From: Callorhinchus milii
Lineage: Eukaryota
Assembly (NCBI RefSeq): GCF_018977255.1
Contig: NW_024704742.1
Span: 126,172,001 to 126,236,000, forward strand
DNA length: 64,000 bases
Direction of reading: 5' to 3'
Every line of letters begins with the position of its first letter. Positions within the stretch are counted from its first letter, which is position 1. Shown one piece after another: positions 23,609 through 36,117 of this stretch. The notes under the pieces were generated by a model that worked only from the letters and a program-made list of their open reading frames with translations, had not been told where the DNA came from and ran no database searches. Made by a program: the position numbers and the translations under genes.

Positions 23609-23843
23609 TAATAATAATCCTTGCATTTGATCTAGCGCCTTATCACGTCTTTGCGATGTCTCAAAGTGCTTCACAGAAAAAAACTGTAAAGTGAATTGAC
23701 TGTATATTTTGTGGGCAAAATGCGGCAGCCAATTGCGCACAGTGGAGTAAGGAACCTTGCCCAATGTTTTGCTCTGCCGGGAATCAAACTCAGATATCTC
23801 GCTTGCGAGGTAAGTGCTCTAACCACTGTGCTACACGACTCAA
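23609..23843 (-). mobile_element. SINE with internal deletion, tail-to-tail with the previous copy
   Basis: Tail and body joined directly to the head at GCACAG|TGGAGTAAGG. Confidence 0.88.
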
Positions 23844-24468
23844 CAGATGTCACAGATTTACCAAGAGAATGACTCTATCTCATCCATCTTTTTGAAACTC
23901 CTTAAACATATTAGCAAAAGGCAGAACAGAAACCAAAACAAAGTACTGAGTTTAAACTTGTTAAACAGATGATCGACCGTTTCATTGTTTCTATCATAAA
24001 GCATATAGTTATTTGTAGTCTTACATTCTAATCCGTTTAACTGTAGAAAGTCTAGGATTACATGTTACAATCACTTTTTGAACTGACTTAAAGACCGATG
24101 AAACTTCCCACATAAAACTGGATAACGGCAATTATTTATTTACAGACCCAAAACAACAATGGTAATAATGTTAAATACCTGCTCAGGTTCAGCATTGTCA
24201 GGTTGCACAGAATGATCTCACTTTACAATCCCATTCCAGCAGCTACGGTGAGTGAAAGAGGTAGGCCTTCGGGTGGGATGCGTTTTTCATAAACATTCAA
24301 ATTATAATGGGTTAACACGTGTGATGTTCCTTAACCTTATAATTAGTAGTTTCCCTCACTCATGTTACTCTCAGCTTCTTGTCCATGCATTGTAGGTTCG
24401 CTTACAATGGATCAGCTGCTGGGCAGCCATATGAAATACCTACAGGAAATTGACTACTGTATATAGTC

Positions 24469-24645
24469 TGGGAACACTCAGCAGGTCAGGCAGCATCTAT
24501 GGAGAAGGATTCTGATGAAGGGTTGTGGTCCGAAACATTGACTCACTTTCCTTTCTCCATAGATGCTGCCTGAGCTGCTGAGTGTTCCCAACAACTTCAG
24601 TTTTTGTTTTAGATTTCCAGCATCTGCAGTACTATGCATTTTACT
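24469..24645 (+). mobile_element. Palindromic Penelope-like terminal-repeat fragment with a decayed type I hammerhead core
   Basis: ~41-bp inverted arms (24469-24509 / 24549-24590) enclose CTGATGA-AGGGTTGTGGTCC-GAAAC-ATT. Confidence 0.65.
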
Positions 24646-24999
24646 GTATAGTCTGTTTCTTGATCTAGGTTATGGAAATGCTGGTTTTAAACAATGCAAA
24701 TTTTACCCCATGTCATGTTGTCAACTGAATAAATTACTTGGTTGCTGTGTGGCATTAGCTGAGCATGTTGATGGGTTTTTGCATGTGTTAGACAAAAACC
24801 TGTTTATATCAACAAGGTGATAAGTATCAGCAGAGTTAATTAACACCAGGTTGCAATTATCATCCCACTGGGGATTCAATAGATAGATTATACCACATAT
24901 CGAAAAGCACCTTTCCTCTCAGTAAAGTGGAGAATTTAACGAGAAAAGTGAAATAGTTTTAAAACCATGAACCAAAGACAAGGTGTGGCCATAAGTACA

Positions 25000-25475
25000 T
25001 CAGCCTGGGTAAATTGGTAGCACTCTTGCCTGTGAATCAGAAGGTTGTGGGGTTCAAACCCTGCATAGGGATTTGGAACCTATATAGTATGCTGACACTC
25101 CAATGCAGTACTGGGTGTCTACTGCATTGTTGGAGATGCCATCTGTTAAATCAAGGTCCTGTCAAATAGTGCCATGGGATTTTTTACTTCCTGACTATAC
25201 AGGTGGATATTAAAAGCCCATGGCACTATTAGAACAGAGAAGAAAGTTTCTCCCGATGTCCTGGCCATCAATCCTTCTAATAAAAAATTGTCATTCACAT
25301 CACGGCTGTTTATGGGACATGTTTATGGGATATGAATGACAATGATCTGAATGATGTGAATGACAGCCAAGTGTGCAAATTGGCTGCTGTTTCTAGCCCA
25401 CAAAATACACAGTCACACCACTTCATCGCGTATCCTGTGAAGAGCTTTGATGTCTCAAATGCAAGGATTATTATA
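25000..25475 (+). mobile_element. Old Deu-domain SINE (SacSINE1-like), near full length
   Basis: GCACTCTTGCCTGTGAATCAGAAGGTTGTGGGGTTCAA head, GCTGACACTCCAATGCAGTACTG, CCCATGGCACTATT, L2-type tail. Confidence 0.8.
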
Positions 25476-26264
25476 ATTAAATAGTTATTTTCAGAATGAT
25501 GGCAATACTCACTGCAGTGTATGCCTCATTGAAATGTTGTTTAGATTAATCCACAATAGGCTGAGCCACTAGAATAATTCAGTAAGATTGCACAAAACCA
25601 CATGAGGTATTCCTGAACAGGTTCCGGCAAGTGGGGATTGAGGCCAGGACTCATTTAAAAAGGAGCTTCATGCTGTGTATGGGGTATGGGGAAAGGACAG
25701 CTAAATGGGGCTAAGAGGATTGCTCTTAAAAGTGCCATCACACACAGTGGGCCAAATGGCCTTCTTCTATGTTATAAAATGTCCATGGTTCTATCTTGTG
25801 ATATCTTCTATCATATTCTACTGTGCCTTCTTAAGGAAGTGTCAATGCTCCCATCTCTCTTGATCGCTACTCTTCCAAAAATTAATTCTCTATGATTAAC
25901 ACGGATTCAAAATTGAAAAATTCACAAATTAATTTTGGAATTTTTAACTTATTTACCTTTTGTTGTATTTCATCATGCCTGGCCTTTACTACACTACATT
26001 CTCCCCCTGAGCCAGGCAGATATGGACACCACGCGGACAGTCTCACTAAGCCTGCTTCCCCTCTTATAGACCAGCACACTCACAGTCCCAATCCCCTCCC
26101 ACCTGCTCTAAACATGAATTAACCCAGGGCCAGCCATGCAGGCCAGACCTCATGCTGCCTAGTCTGAGGATAAACCAGAGCTTCCACCCTTCTAGCCCAG
26201 CCCAACCCCAGCACCAAGAGAGATGGGGACATTAATACTTCCTTAAGAAAGCACAGTAGACGCC

Positions 26265-26560
26265 ACCACTCGAGCCTTCCTGCTATGGGGTCCTAGTGCC
26301 CGCTACGTCTCCACCCGCTCACCCCCACCATCAATTTTGCCCGGTTGCTTCAGCCGTTAAATTCTGGAACTCCTAGCCTAAATCTCTCTGCCTGCCTCAG
26401 TTCCTTTTTAGTTATTTTTAAATCCCACCTGAAGATCTACCTCTTCAACTGTGCCTTTGGTCACCTCCCCCACTCCCTTCTCCCTGCTTGGCTTCCAAGA
26501 ATAGTGCTCCAAGATACTATCCTGCATGAAGGGCATATATAAATGCAAGTTGTTATTGTA
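26265..26560 (+). mobile_element. Old L2 3' end
   Basis: FKSHLKIYLFNCAF followed by GAAGGGCATATATAAATGCAAGTTG. Confidence 0.7.
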
Positions 26561-26879
26561 GATACTGGGTTAATTGAGATGGAGGTCAGTAAATGTTTGG
26601 TAGGATGGCTCTGCTTTGAATGTACCTGTTTCTCTTTGCAAAGTGTAATTTTTGCTGAGATCCGCTGAATTCAATTAAGAATATATGACATTTTAAGGTC
26701 AGGAAAAGGCCAATAGACTCAATCAACCTAGCCTTTTTGTTAATCTCATCCTCATTTATCTGGTTTCTCACCATGTCCCTTGATCCCTTCTCTCTCCAGA
26801 AATACATCAAATAAAATCATTAATCCATGTATACCATTCAATTCAATGACCTTCCCTGGAAACATATTCCACAAGCATA

Positions 26880-27250
26880 TTAATAATAATCCTTGCATTT
26901 GATATAGAGCCTTTTCTCATCAAAACGTCTCAAAGCGCTTCACAGAATATATTGTAAAGTGGATGGCCCGTGTATTTTGTGGGCAAAACCTGGTAGCCAA
27001 TTGCGCACAGTAATGTCCCACAAACAGTTGTGGATTGAGTGACCAATTTGTTTTTAGGGTTTATTACCCCGGGGAAGTGATCTGCCAATCGACTAACAAC
27101 TGGATCCCTACCTACTGCTAGATAAAACAGGTGTGTGGAGTAAGGAAACCTGCTTAATTTTGGTCCCATCCGGGAATCGAACCCAGGTCTTCTCCCAAAA
27201 CAAGTCTTCTTGCGAGGTGAGCACACTAACCACTACACCATAAGACTCCA
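26880..27250 (-). mobile_element. Long-subfamily SINE
   Basis: Tail, body, long-form insert and head with B-box GTTCGATTCC. Confidence 0.88.
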
Positions 27251-27408
27251 TATTACTCCTTTTTTTAAAAAATTCCGGTGTTAATGATAAGAATCCTTGC
27301 ATTTGATATTCTTACTCCAAACTTTTACATTTTAACCTGAGCCCCTGCAATCCCAGACATCATGATCACGGCTGGCTAATTTATATCGGGATGTTTCTTG
27401 GGTCAATT

Positions 27409-28066
27409 AACAACAACAACAACAAGATTCCATTTATAAAGCGCCTTTCACGTCAGGAGGACGTCCCAAGGCGCTGCACAGTTGGGTCAGGACCCAAGCA
27501 GGGGGAAATGGTCAGGGTGAGGGGAGGGAAGGGAGGGAGCGAGAAGGGGGAAGAGAGTCGAGAGGGGAGCTGAAGGCTCGGTCAAAGAGAAAGGTTTTGA
27601 GACCGGCCTTGAAGGAGGAAGGGAGGAAGCAAGGCGAAGGCACTGGGGAATGGAGTTCCAGAGCCTGGGGGCTGAGAGGCTGAAGGCCCGACCACCAATG
27701 GTAGGGCGATTGGGGCGAGGGACGTGGAGCAGACCGGAGCCGGAGGAACGGAGGGTACGGGCAGGTAGGTAGGGGATAGTAGGTCAGAGAGGTAGGAGGG
27801 AGCAAGGCCGTGGATGGCCTTATAGGTGAGGATGAGGATCTTGAAATCAATCCTCTGGGGGATGGGAGCCAGTGGAGGCGAGCGAGGGTGGGTGTGATGT
27901 GGTCCCGAAGCCTGGTGCGGGACAGTACACGAGCTGCAGAGTTCTGAATGACCTGCAGCTTGTGGAGGGAGGTGGCGGGAAGGCCGGCGAGGAGAGAGTT
28001 CCCGTAGTCCAGCCTTGAGGTGACAAAGGCGTGGACCAGGGTTTTAGCAGCGTGAGGGGTGAGGTT
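27409..28066 (-). mobile_element. Young L2 LINE 3' fragment
   Basis: Near-identical to 49740-50445 and 62413-62940; (GTT)n tail. Confidence 0.95.
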
Positions 28067-30539
28067 AAAAGTTAAAGGTTAAAAAATTAAAGGTTAAAAG
28101 TTCTGAACAAATGGTCAGAAAGCAAATCGTTGACCACAAAACCTTTACAGACCTTTGGGTTTAAGAATTTAAGATTTCAGTCTGGCTCAGTTGGAGGCAC
28201 TCGTGGCTCTGAGTGAGAAAGTTGTGGCTACAAGCTCTCCGTTAGGACTTTGAACTCACAATCAAGGCTGACATTCCAATGAGTGCTGGGTGGCCACTAT
28301 ATCAAATGCGTGTATTCTTATCATTATTATTAATAAGATACAAACAGGAATAGACCACTCACCACATCAAGCTTGTTCCACATTACTTTAGATCGTAGCT
28401 GATTACAACTTAATGCCATTTCTCTGCCCTATTACCATATCCTTCAAACCCCCGCATAACAAACTTTCATCTATCTCCCTCTCAATTTTTTCAATTGACC
28501 CAAGATCCACAACCTTTGGATTAATGAATTCCAAACTAGGAAGAGGGGATTTAGTTTAACATCTCATCCGAAGGACGGCAACTGGCATTTTGCCCACAAA
28601 ATATAGTGAATTCACTTTACAGTATATTCTATGAAGCGCTTTGAGACAAGATGTCTCAATGAAGTGATCAGGCATTATATCGAATGCAAGGATTATTATT
28701 ATTATAATGTCAGCCTAGACAATATGAATTCGAAGTCCTGACGTAGGGCTTGAACCCACAACTTTCTGACTCAGAAACGAGAATGGTACCAACTGAGCCA
28801 GACTGAAACCTTATTGTCAAAAAATTAGTGAATGGAGCTCACTGATAAGGAAACATTTTTTTAAAAAATTAACAACAAGGAAAACAAATTGCTTTTATTT
28901 AGCACCTTTCATGTTGGGAGGATGACCAAAGGCATCGCAGGGTTTGCATCTGAGCAGGGGGTTGTGAAGCAAGAGTGATAGAGGGCAAGGGGGTGGAGAG
29001 AAGGGATTAAGGCACACCGTGAGAAGACACACAATTAAGAAATTCAACTGGGAAAATCTCTTCTAGGATTACTTTGCAAATATATTGCAACCACTGCCAA
29101 TGCTTGCAGGCAGAATTTAATTGCTGGCACAGAAACCAGAAATAACATATCACCTTTTGTTTTCTTTCTTTTTCAAGTAAGAATAACAGAACTATGATAA
29201 TGTCAAATAGTAGAAGTGTTTTGCATTGCACTTGCAGCATTCAAAGTTAAATACAATGCAAATGTAACCTACTTTAAATATGTACAGGCTGGCTATAGAA
29301 AATCTGATTGAAGCGTAATCCTGAATTTCTTATCAAACCTGTAATATCTTTTCAGGAATCAGCTGTAATCCCACTGTAATTTTAATACGCCCACCAGCAG
29401 CTCTGATTGGAAAACCCTGTGCCAAGCTGTCAATATTGGCATCACTTAAACTCTGTGGCTTGAGATAATAATAATATTAATAATAATAATTGCATTTGAT
29501 ATAGCACGTTATCATGTTGTTGAGACGTCTCAAAGCGCTTCACAGAATATACTGTAAAGTGTATTTTACACTTAGACTGTGTATTTTGTGGGCGAAATGC
29601 CCAGCAAAGAGAACCAAGCAACAATGACTGATAGAAGGTCATGATTGAAAGTTACCATTTCAAAGGAGAGGTCTCAGAGTGGACTTTCTCAAGGTATATA
29701 ATATTTTAAATGGGATTGAGATAGAAAATCAGGAGCAATATCTGAGTCAGCAGAACAGCGGGATGCAGTTTTAGGATTGCAAAGGACAATCCCAGGACAG
29801 AGATCAGAACATATTTATTTTCCCAGAGGGTAATAAACAGCTGAATTGGGTTACCAGGGAAGGCTGATGGGACCTCAATTTAACATTTCATATGAAAAAC
29901 AGCACCTCCAACAATGCAGTGTTCACTCAAATGTATTGTTAGCCTGCACTCTGAGCTCAAAGTAGAAAGGTAGGAATTCTTGAACCTGTAGATAGTATGA
30001 GATAACAACATTTTTATGATGGATTGCTGGCTCCTTTCAAAACTTTGTTATTTTGTGGCAGTATTCATTATATAGTTTTGAAACAGATTATAGTATCTTG
30101 GGAAGAGCAACAATATTCTTCTAATCTTAACCCATAAATCCACAGACGTGCAGAAGAGCAGCACAATGACACATCAGTTCATTAAACAGGACTATTGATA
30201 TTTATAAGACAACTTTAGGTGTCTCAAGTGGTATGTGGATGTGCTTCACTATAGTCCTTGGAAGGTCCCCATTTCTTTATGGTACAATTTGTTCGCTGCA
30301 ACATGTTCACTCAAAGACGATAGAGGAGTTTCCAGAGAGGGGATTTATTCTCTTTTGTCATCATGCTGTTGAATTGTACTTGCTTTTGGAGATGGGCAAA
30401 TACATAGGTATGAAAAGGCCTGAAGGTCACAGGGATAAGAAAAGTCAAGTAGACTATGAGGTGAATAATCCAATACTTGATGTTATAATTGTCACCAATA
30501 TTATTTTGATGAAATATAAAGAAGTGCTCTTTGTGTTGT

Positions 30540-30958
30540 TTATTGGCTGCATGCTCTCTCTTCAGAGTCAGAAGATTGTGAGTTCAAATCTCATGTTGGG
30601 ATTTTGAATTAACAGCTCAGACTGATACTGCAATACTGTGTTGGCCAAGTGCTGCATTGTCAGAGGTCCTATCCTTTGGATGAGGTGTTAAACCAAGGTC
30701 ATGACTGCCAGTTCAGTTGGACATTAAAGATCCTATGGCACTATTTGGAAAGAGAAGGGAGTTTCTCCTGATCTACAATCCCTTGGATACATTTGGTTGT
30801 TCACTTCATAGCTGTTTTTGGGACATTGCTTTATGCAAATTGGCTGTCGTGCTCGCTTAGAAAATACAGACACTAGACTTTAGGGTAAAATCATGTGATG
30901 CTCTTTGAGATGTCTTGGCAATGTGAATAAGATGCTATACCAAATGCAAAGGTTATTA
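30540..30958 (+). mobile_element. Old Deu-domain SINE (SacSINE1-like)
   Basis: GAGTCAGAAGATTGTGAGTTCAAATC, GTGCTGCATTGTCAGAGG, GATCCTATGGCACTATT, L2-type tail. Confidence 0.8.
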
Positions 30959-31443
30959 GTACATTTGCCTTTTCTACACAATACTCTATTTGCAATCCAT
31001 TTTATATACCTAGATTCATTTATATTTAACAAGTACAATTTGCATATGCATCATGTGCATATACCTTCATTTGTACTTTCTTTTTGACTTATGGAAAATG
31101 CTGCTGGTGTAATATGGACTAGCTACTGCCAGAAAGTCTGTAACAATATGCAGATAAGTGAAGATTAATACTAGCATCAACAAAGGGGAAAAGAGTCCAT
31201 GGTTTAGACAACATCAAGACAGCGCTAAAGATCCTAGCAGTTCTTACAGATTACATATAACAAGTGTAACTGTATATATGTGGGCGAGTATTCAGTTCAA
31301 TGCGAGAGAAGTGCTTTAAAGAAGTATATAAACAGCAGCAGGAGATAGCAGTAGGGAGTTAGAGCAAACTGGCCATGAAAGCATCTCTCTATTTTCGTTT
31401 AATTTAAAAGTTGGGTTACCCAAGTACACCACAACACAACAGA

Positions 31444-31662
31444 TCTGAAATTTCACTTAAGTCATAGCCTTTAAACTTATTTTGTCTTAAAACTTAAGAT
31501 TGTGCAGAGGTTTGAATTCTAAAAATTGAGTTTTATTTTAAATTTAGTCTTAAATTTTTTTCCAAATTAGACTAAACATAAGAATGTTCTGCCATTTTGC
31601 ACAATCTTAAGTTTTTAAGACAACAAGGTGTAAAAGCTTAAAACTCTGTAAAATTTCAGGCC
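31444..31662. mobile_element. Palindromic MITE-like element
   Basis: Terminal CTGAAATTT / AAATTTCAG and inner arms TTGTCTTAAAACTTAAGATTGTGCA / TGCACAATCTTAAGTTTTTAAGACAA. Confidence 0.7.
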
Positions 31663-32229
31663 TGCAAATGCAAAAGGAACTGGTTAACCTGATTTATTCA
31701 TTGCTGCAGGCGATGAAGCGTGATCACTTCTAACTTCCCAGTCATAGTCAGTTTTCAAGCTTTGCAAGAAACTGACAGGCCAGTCACAACTCTGCAATGT
31801 TGCAGAGGGTTTTCATGCTAATTAAGCCTTGGAGTTATTATCAGATGTTCCTGCTAGAGCATTCTATTTGCCTTCTCTCTCACAACAGCTTTGTAATATA
31901 TTTGGAGGAGAACACCTGGAACAAGCTCAGGCAATAAAACATCTGAAATTTACTGAGTCAACTTCTGTGGCACATCTGGACAGTTTATATGTTAAAGTCC
32001 TTATCCCCCTCGTCACCTCTTTGGAGTGCTCCAAGATGTTATTCTACATGAATCAAAGCTCAACATTTGACTTACCCAGAAAGCATTCATGAATAAAAAT
32101 TCTATATGCTTTGCCTTTGGCGATGTCAGCCACGAATATGATTTCCCATTATAAATGTGCATTCCCAAAGTTATTTATGTAACGCTCAATACGTTTTTCT
32201 CCCATCAGGGTTTAAATAATGGGCTCATA

Positions 32230-32680
32230 TGTGGTTGTAACCTCAATCCCTATGTAAGGGCTTTGAACTCTGAGATGCTCTCAGATGCTACCCTGTTTGG
32301 AGGGCACTATATAAATGCAAGTTGCTGTTGTTGAACTCACAGTCTTGATTGCCACTCCAATGCAGCATTGGGAAGTTCTGCATTGTCAAAGGTGCAGTCC
32401 TTCAGATGAGATATTAAACTAAGGTGCTGTCTGCCTGTTCAGGTGAATGTTAAAATTCCCATGGCATTATTTGATAAAGGAGAATAAAGTTTATCCTGGT
32501 GTCTTGTCCAACTATCACAAATTAAAATTGGTGGTGTGTGAGATATTACGAAGTGCAAATTGGCTGCCGCATTTGTCTACAAATACAATCACTACATTTC
32601 ACAGTAATATACTGTGAAGTGTTTTGAGGCATTTCAATGAGATAATGCACTATATCAAATGCAAGGAATATTAATAAATA
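32230..32680 (+). mobile_element. Old Deu-domain SINE carrying an L2-tail-only insertion (32271-32330)
   Basis: The SINE is contiguous once the insert and one copy of TTGAACTC (32263-32270 / 32331-32338) are removed. Confidence 0.8.
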
Positions 32681-33290
32681 ATGCGGTAGATCACTTTAGA
32701 TCTGTATATAATACAGAAGAAATCAAGAAAACGTACCGACCAAAAAAGTTGTCCACCATTGATGTAGTAGAAGGCATATCTTCTGAGACCCTGCCCCTTG
32801 TGAGGGTGCTATATAAATTCAAGTTGTTGTTGTTGTATCTTGTTGGTGCCAATTGAACCCCAGAACAACTCTGCTAATCTCCCATCTATCTTTAAACATG
32901 GTGGTCATCACAGAAGGGTACAGAACTGAGTAGAATCCCAATGGGATTCAAGTTCAGAATCTTCTGCATGAACCACTGGTGTGTAAAAACAATGAAGCAT
33001 TTTTCTAGATCTGAATCAATGTTGTCATTGTATTTATACACAACAGGAATCTATTTATGCCATGTGCAAGCCATATGTAAACCATTTGTAAAGATGAGCA
33101 AACAATGCGTAAATGAATATGGCCAGAAGGAATCGCAGGTGCCCTTGAATATGTTAATAACAATGAAAAGGATTGCTTGCTATCTCATAACTAACAAATT
33201 ATTTTATGGAATGTAATGGCCTTATTAAGGACCCCTATAATTTAATCTGTGCACATGCATTTTCATGTGGTTTACACATGGTTTACTATC

Positions 33291-35062
33291 AAAAGTGAAT
33301 GTGGGACGATTCCTGGCAAAGACAGGAGGAATTATAATGGGGGATAAAGATATGGCAGAGTTATTAAACAAATACTTTGCTTCACATTAGAAGACACTGA
33401 AAACTTACCAAAAATAGAGGGGAACCAAGAGGCTAATGTTAGTGAGCAATTTAGGGAAATTAACCTCAGTAAAAATTTGAACTAGAGAAACTGTTGGGAT
33501 TGAAAAATGACAAATCTCCTGGACCTGATGGCCTGCATCCTTGGGTTTTAAAAGAGGTGGCTGCTGAGATAGTGGATGCCTTGTTTTTGATCTTCCAAAA
33601 TTCTCTGGGTTCTGGAACGGTTCCCATTGATTGGAAGATCGCAAACGTAACACCACTATTTAAGAAGGGTGGGAGAGAGAAGATGGAGAACTATAGACCA
33701 GTCAGTCTGACATCGACGGTTGGGAAAATTCTAGAATCCTTAATTAGGAACGGCATAGTGGGGTACTTAGAAGACCATAACAAGATTAGGCAGAGTCAAC
33801 ATGGCTTCACAAAAGGGAAGTCATGCTTAACAAATCTTTTAGAGTTTTTTTGAGGATGTAACTAGCAGGTTAGATAGGGGGTAACCAGTAGATGTAGTAT
33901 ATTTAGATTTCCAGAAGGCATTCGACAAGGTGCCACATAAAAGGCTGCTACACAAGATTAGGGCCCATGGAATAAAAGGCAATATATTAGCATGGATCGA
34001 AGAGTGGCTAACGGGGAGAAAACAGAGAGAAGGGATAAACGGGTCCTTCTCAAATTGGCAAGAAATGACTAGTGGAATGCCACAAGGATCAGTGTTTGGG
34101 CCTCAACTATTTAAAATCTATATCAATGATCTAGACAAGGACATAGAATTTAAAATATCTAAACTTGCGGATGATACTAAGCTAGATGGGAGAGTAAACT
34201 CTGAAGATGACACAAAAACGATTGCAAAGGGACATAGATAGGCTAGGTGAGTGGGCAAGAAGGTGGCAGATGGAATATAATGTGGGGAAGTGTGAAGTTA
34301 TCCACCTAGGCAGTAAAAAGAGAAAAGCAGATTATTTTCTAGAGGGGGAGAGACTAGATAGTGTTAATGTTCAGAGGGATTTGGGTGTCCTTGTACACCA
34401 GTTACAAAAGATTAGTGTGCAGGTACAGCAAGCAGCTAGGAAGGCTAATGCCATGTTGGCGTTTATTGCAAAAGGTTTAGAATACAAGAGTAGGAAAGTC
34501 TTGCTGCAACTATATAGGGCCTTGGTGAGACCGCACCTAGAATATTGTGTGCAGTTTTGGTCTCCTTATTTAAGAAAGGACATACTCGCCTTAGAGGGGG
34601 TGCAGCGTAAATTCACTAGGTTAGGTCCTGGGATGAGGGTGTTGACCTGTGAGGATAGGTTGAGTAAACTCGGCCTATATTCTCTAGAATATAGAAGGAT
34701 TAGGGATGATCTTATAGAAACATATAAGATTCTTATGGGGCTTGACAGAGTAGACAGTGTGAGACTATTTTCCCTGGTAAGAGAATCTATAACTAGGGGT
34801 CACAGTCTTAAGATTAAGGGTCAGCCCTTTCGAACAGAGTTGAGGAAACACTTCTTCATTCAGCGGGCTGTAGATGCTCAGTCTTTGAACATATTCAAAA
34901 CTGAGATTGATAGATTTCTAAAGGATAGAGGGATTAAGGGATATGGGGATAAGGCGGGCAGATGGAGTTAGGTTAGAAGATCAGCCATGATCTTATTGAA
35001 TGGCGGGGCAGGCTCGAGGGGCCAAATGGCCTACTCCTGCTCCTAATTCCTATGTTCCTATG
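33291..35062 (+). mobile_element. CR1 LINE ORF2 RT region to 3' end, 5'-truncated and frameshifted
   Basis: KSPGPDGLHP, DWKIANVTPLFKKG, NYRPVSLTS, QHGFTKGKSCLTNL, YLDFQKAFDKVPH, GMPQGSV, LADD, RPHLEYC; ends in (TTCCTATG)2. Confidence 0.97.
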
Positions 35063-36117
35063 CTTGTATGGCACATTGTACATCTCACAATATTGTTCAA
35101 AATATATCCTTTAATATTATCTGCCTCTGGATACCCCACCATTCAACATTTTCCTGCTGGATAAAAAAATTTCTTTCTAACACAAGAGATGAGCCTCAAG
35201 CAAAGCAACGTCAGATAATCCCTGATCATTTATTCATCAGTGTTCCCATCTTCCACCCATCAATAGAGATTCCAAACAGACAATCTCTAAGTGTTGAAAA
35301 TCCTCATTTAGGTAATTAAAATACATTTTTCATTTTCTTTGTCGTCAGCTGGCTGCCTTCAGTCACAGCTCAGTGATCACATGTGCCACTAGAGAAGAGA
35401 TCTAATACTTGTCTTAGTCATTTTTTCCCTTCTTGACGTATACAGCATTTAATTTTCAGCATGGCAAATAATTTTACTTCACTGTTTACTCTCGAAACTA
35501 TTATCCCAATAACAAGTCAATGTAACTGTCAAAGGTAATGTGTTTTGTGTTCTCTGACATATTAACCAGTATTTTCTAACCACATAAATGATTTAGATAT
35601 TACTGGACGAGAACGCTACATCTATATCGTATTTTGATATGTATTTTATGTGAGTGCACCTTGGAACCTTTTGATCTGCAAGTGTGTAATGTTTTAGCCA
35701 TCTCTACCCAGCCAGCCATGTTGATCAGGCTGTTTCTGCAAGCTTTGCGTGCTGAGATTGCTCATGGTCTCCATGAAGCTGTGGATAACTGGCATGGTGG
35801 AATTCCTGAAAATTACCCATTGCAGAGATTTATCTTGCACAGTGTTACCCAAACATTTAACAGGTCAGCAGCTATTCCAATGAATGCTGTTTTGTCCTCG
35901 AGACACAAGTCATTGGAAGAAAAAGCCTGTTAACAAGAGATTAATCTGCTGCCTGTCTCGTTAGAGGTTGCATCAGATACTAAAGGAAGGCAAGCTTACA
36001 TTGAAAACTAAATAACAGCAAGAAATTACGTAGTAGACTAGGTGTAATTTTATGCTATTTTGTTCCAGATGAAGTACATCTTTGCTAGTTAGATCTCGTG
36101 AAAAATCAACCGATTGG

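Noticed and set aside
35694..35795. Minus-strand 33-aa ORF with CCACCATG context, overlapping a 99-aa + strand ORF
   Set aside because: No recognisable homology or convincing splice donor; compatible with chance.
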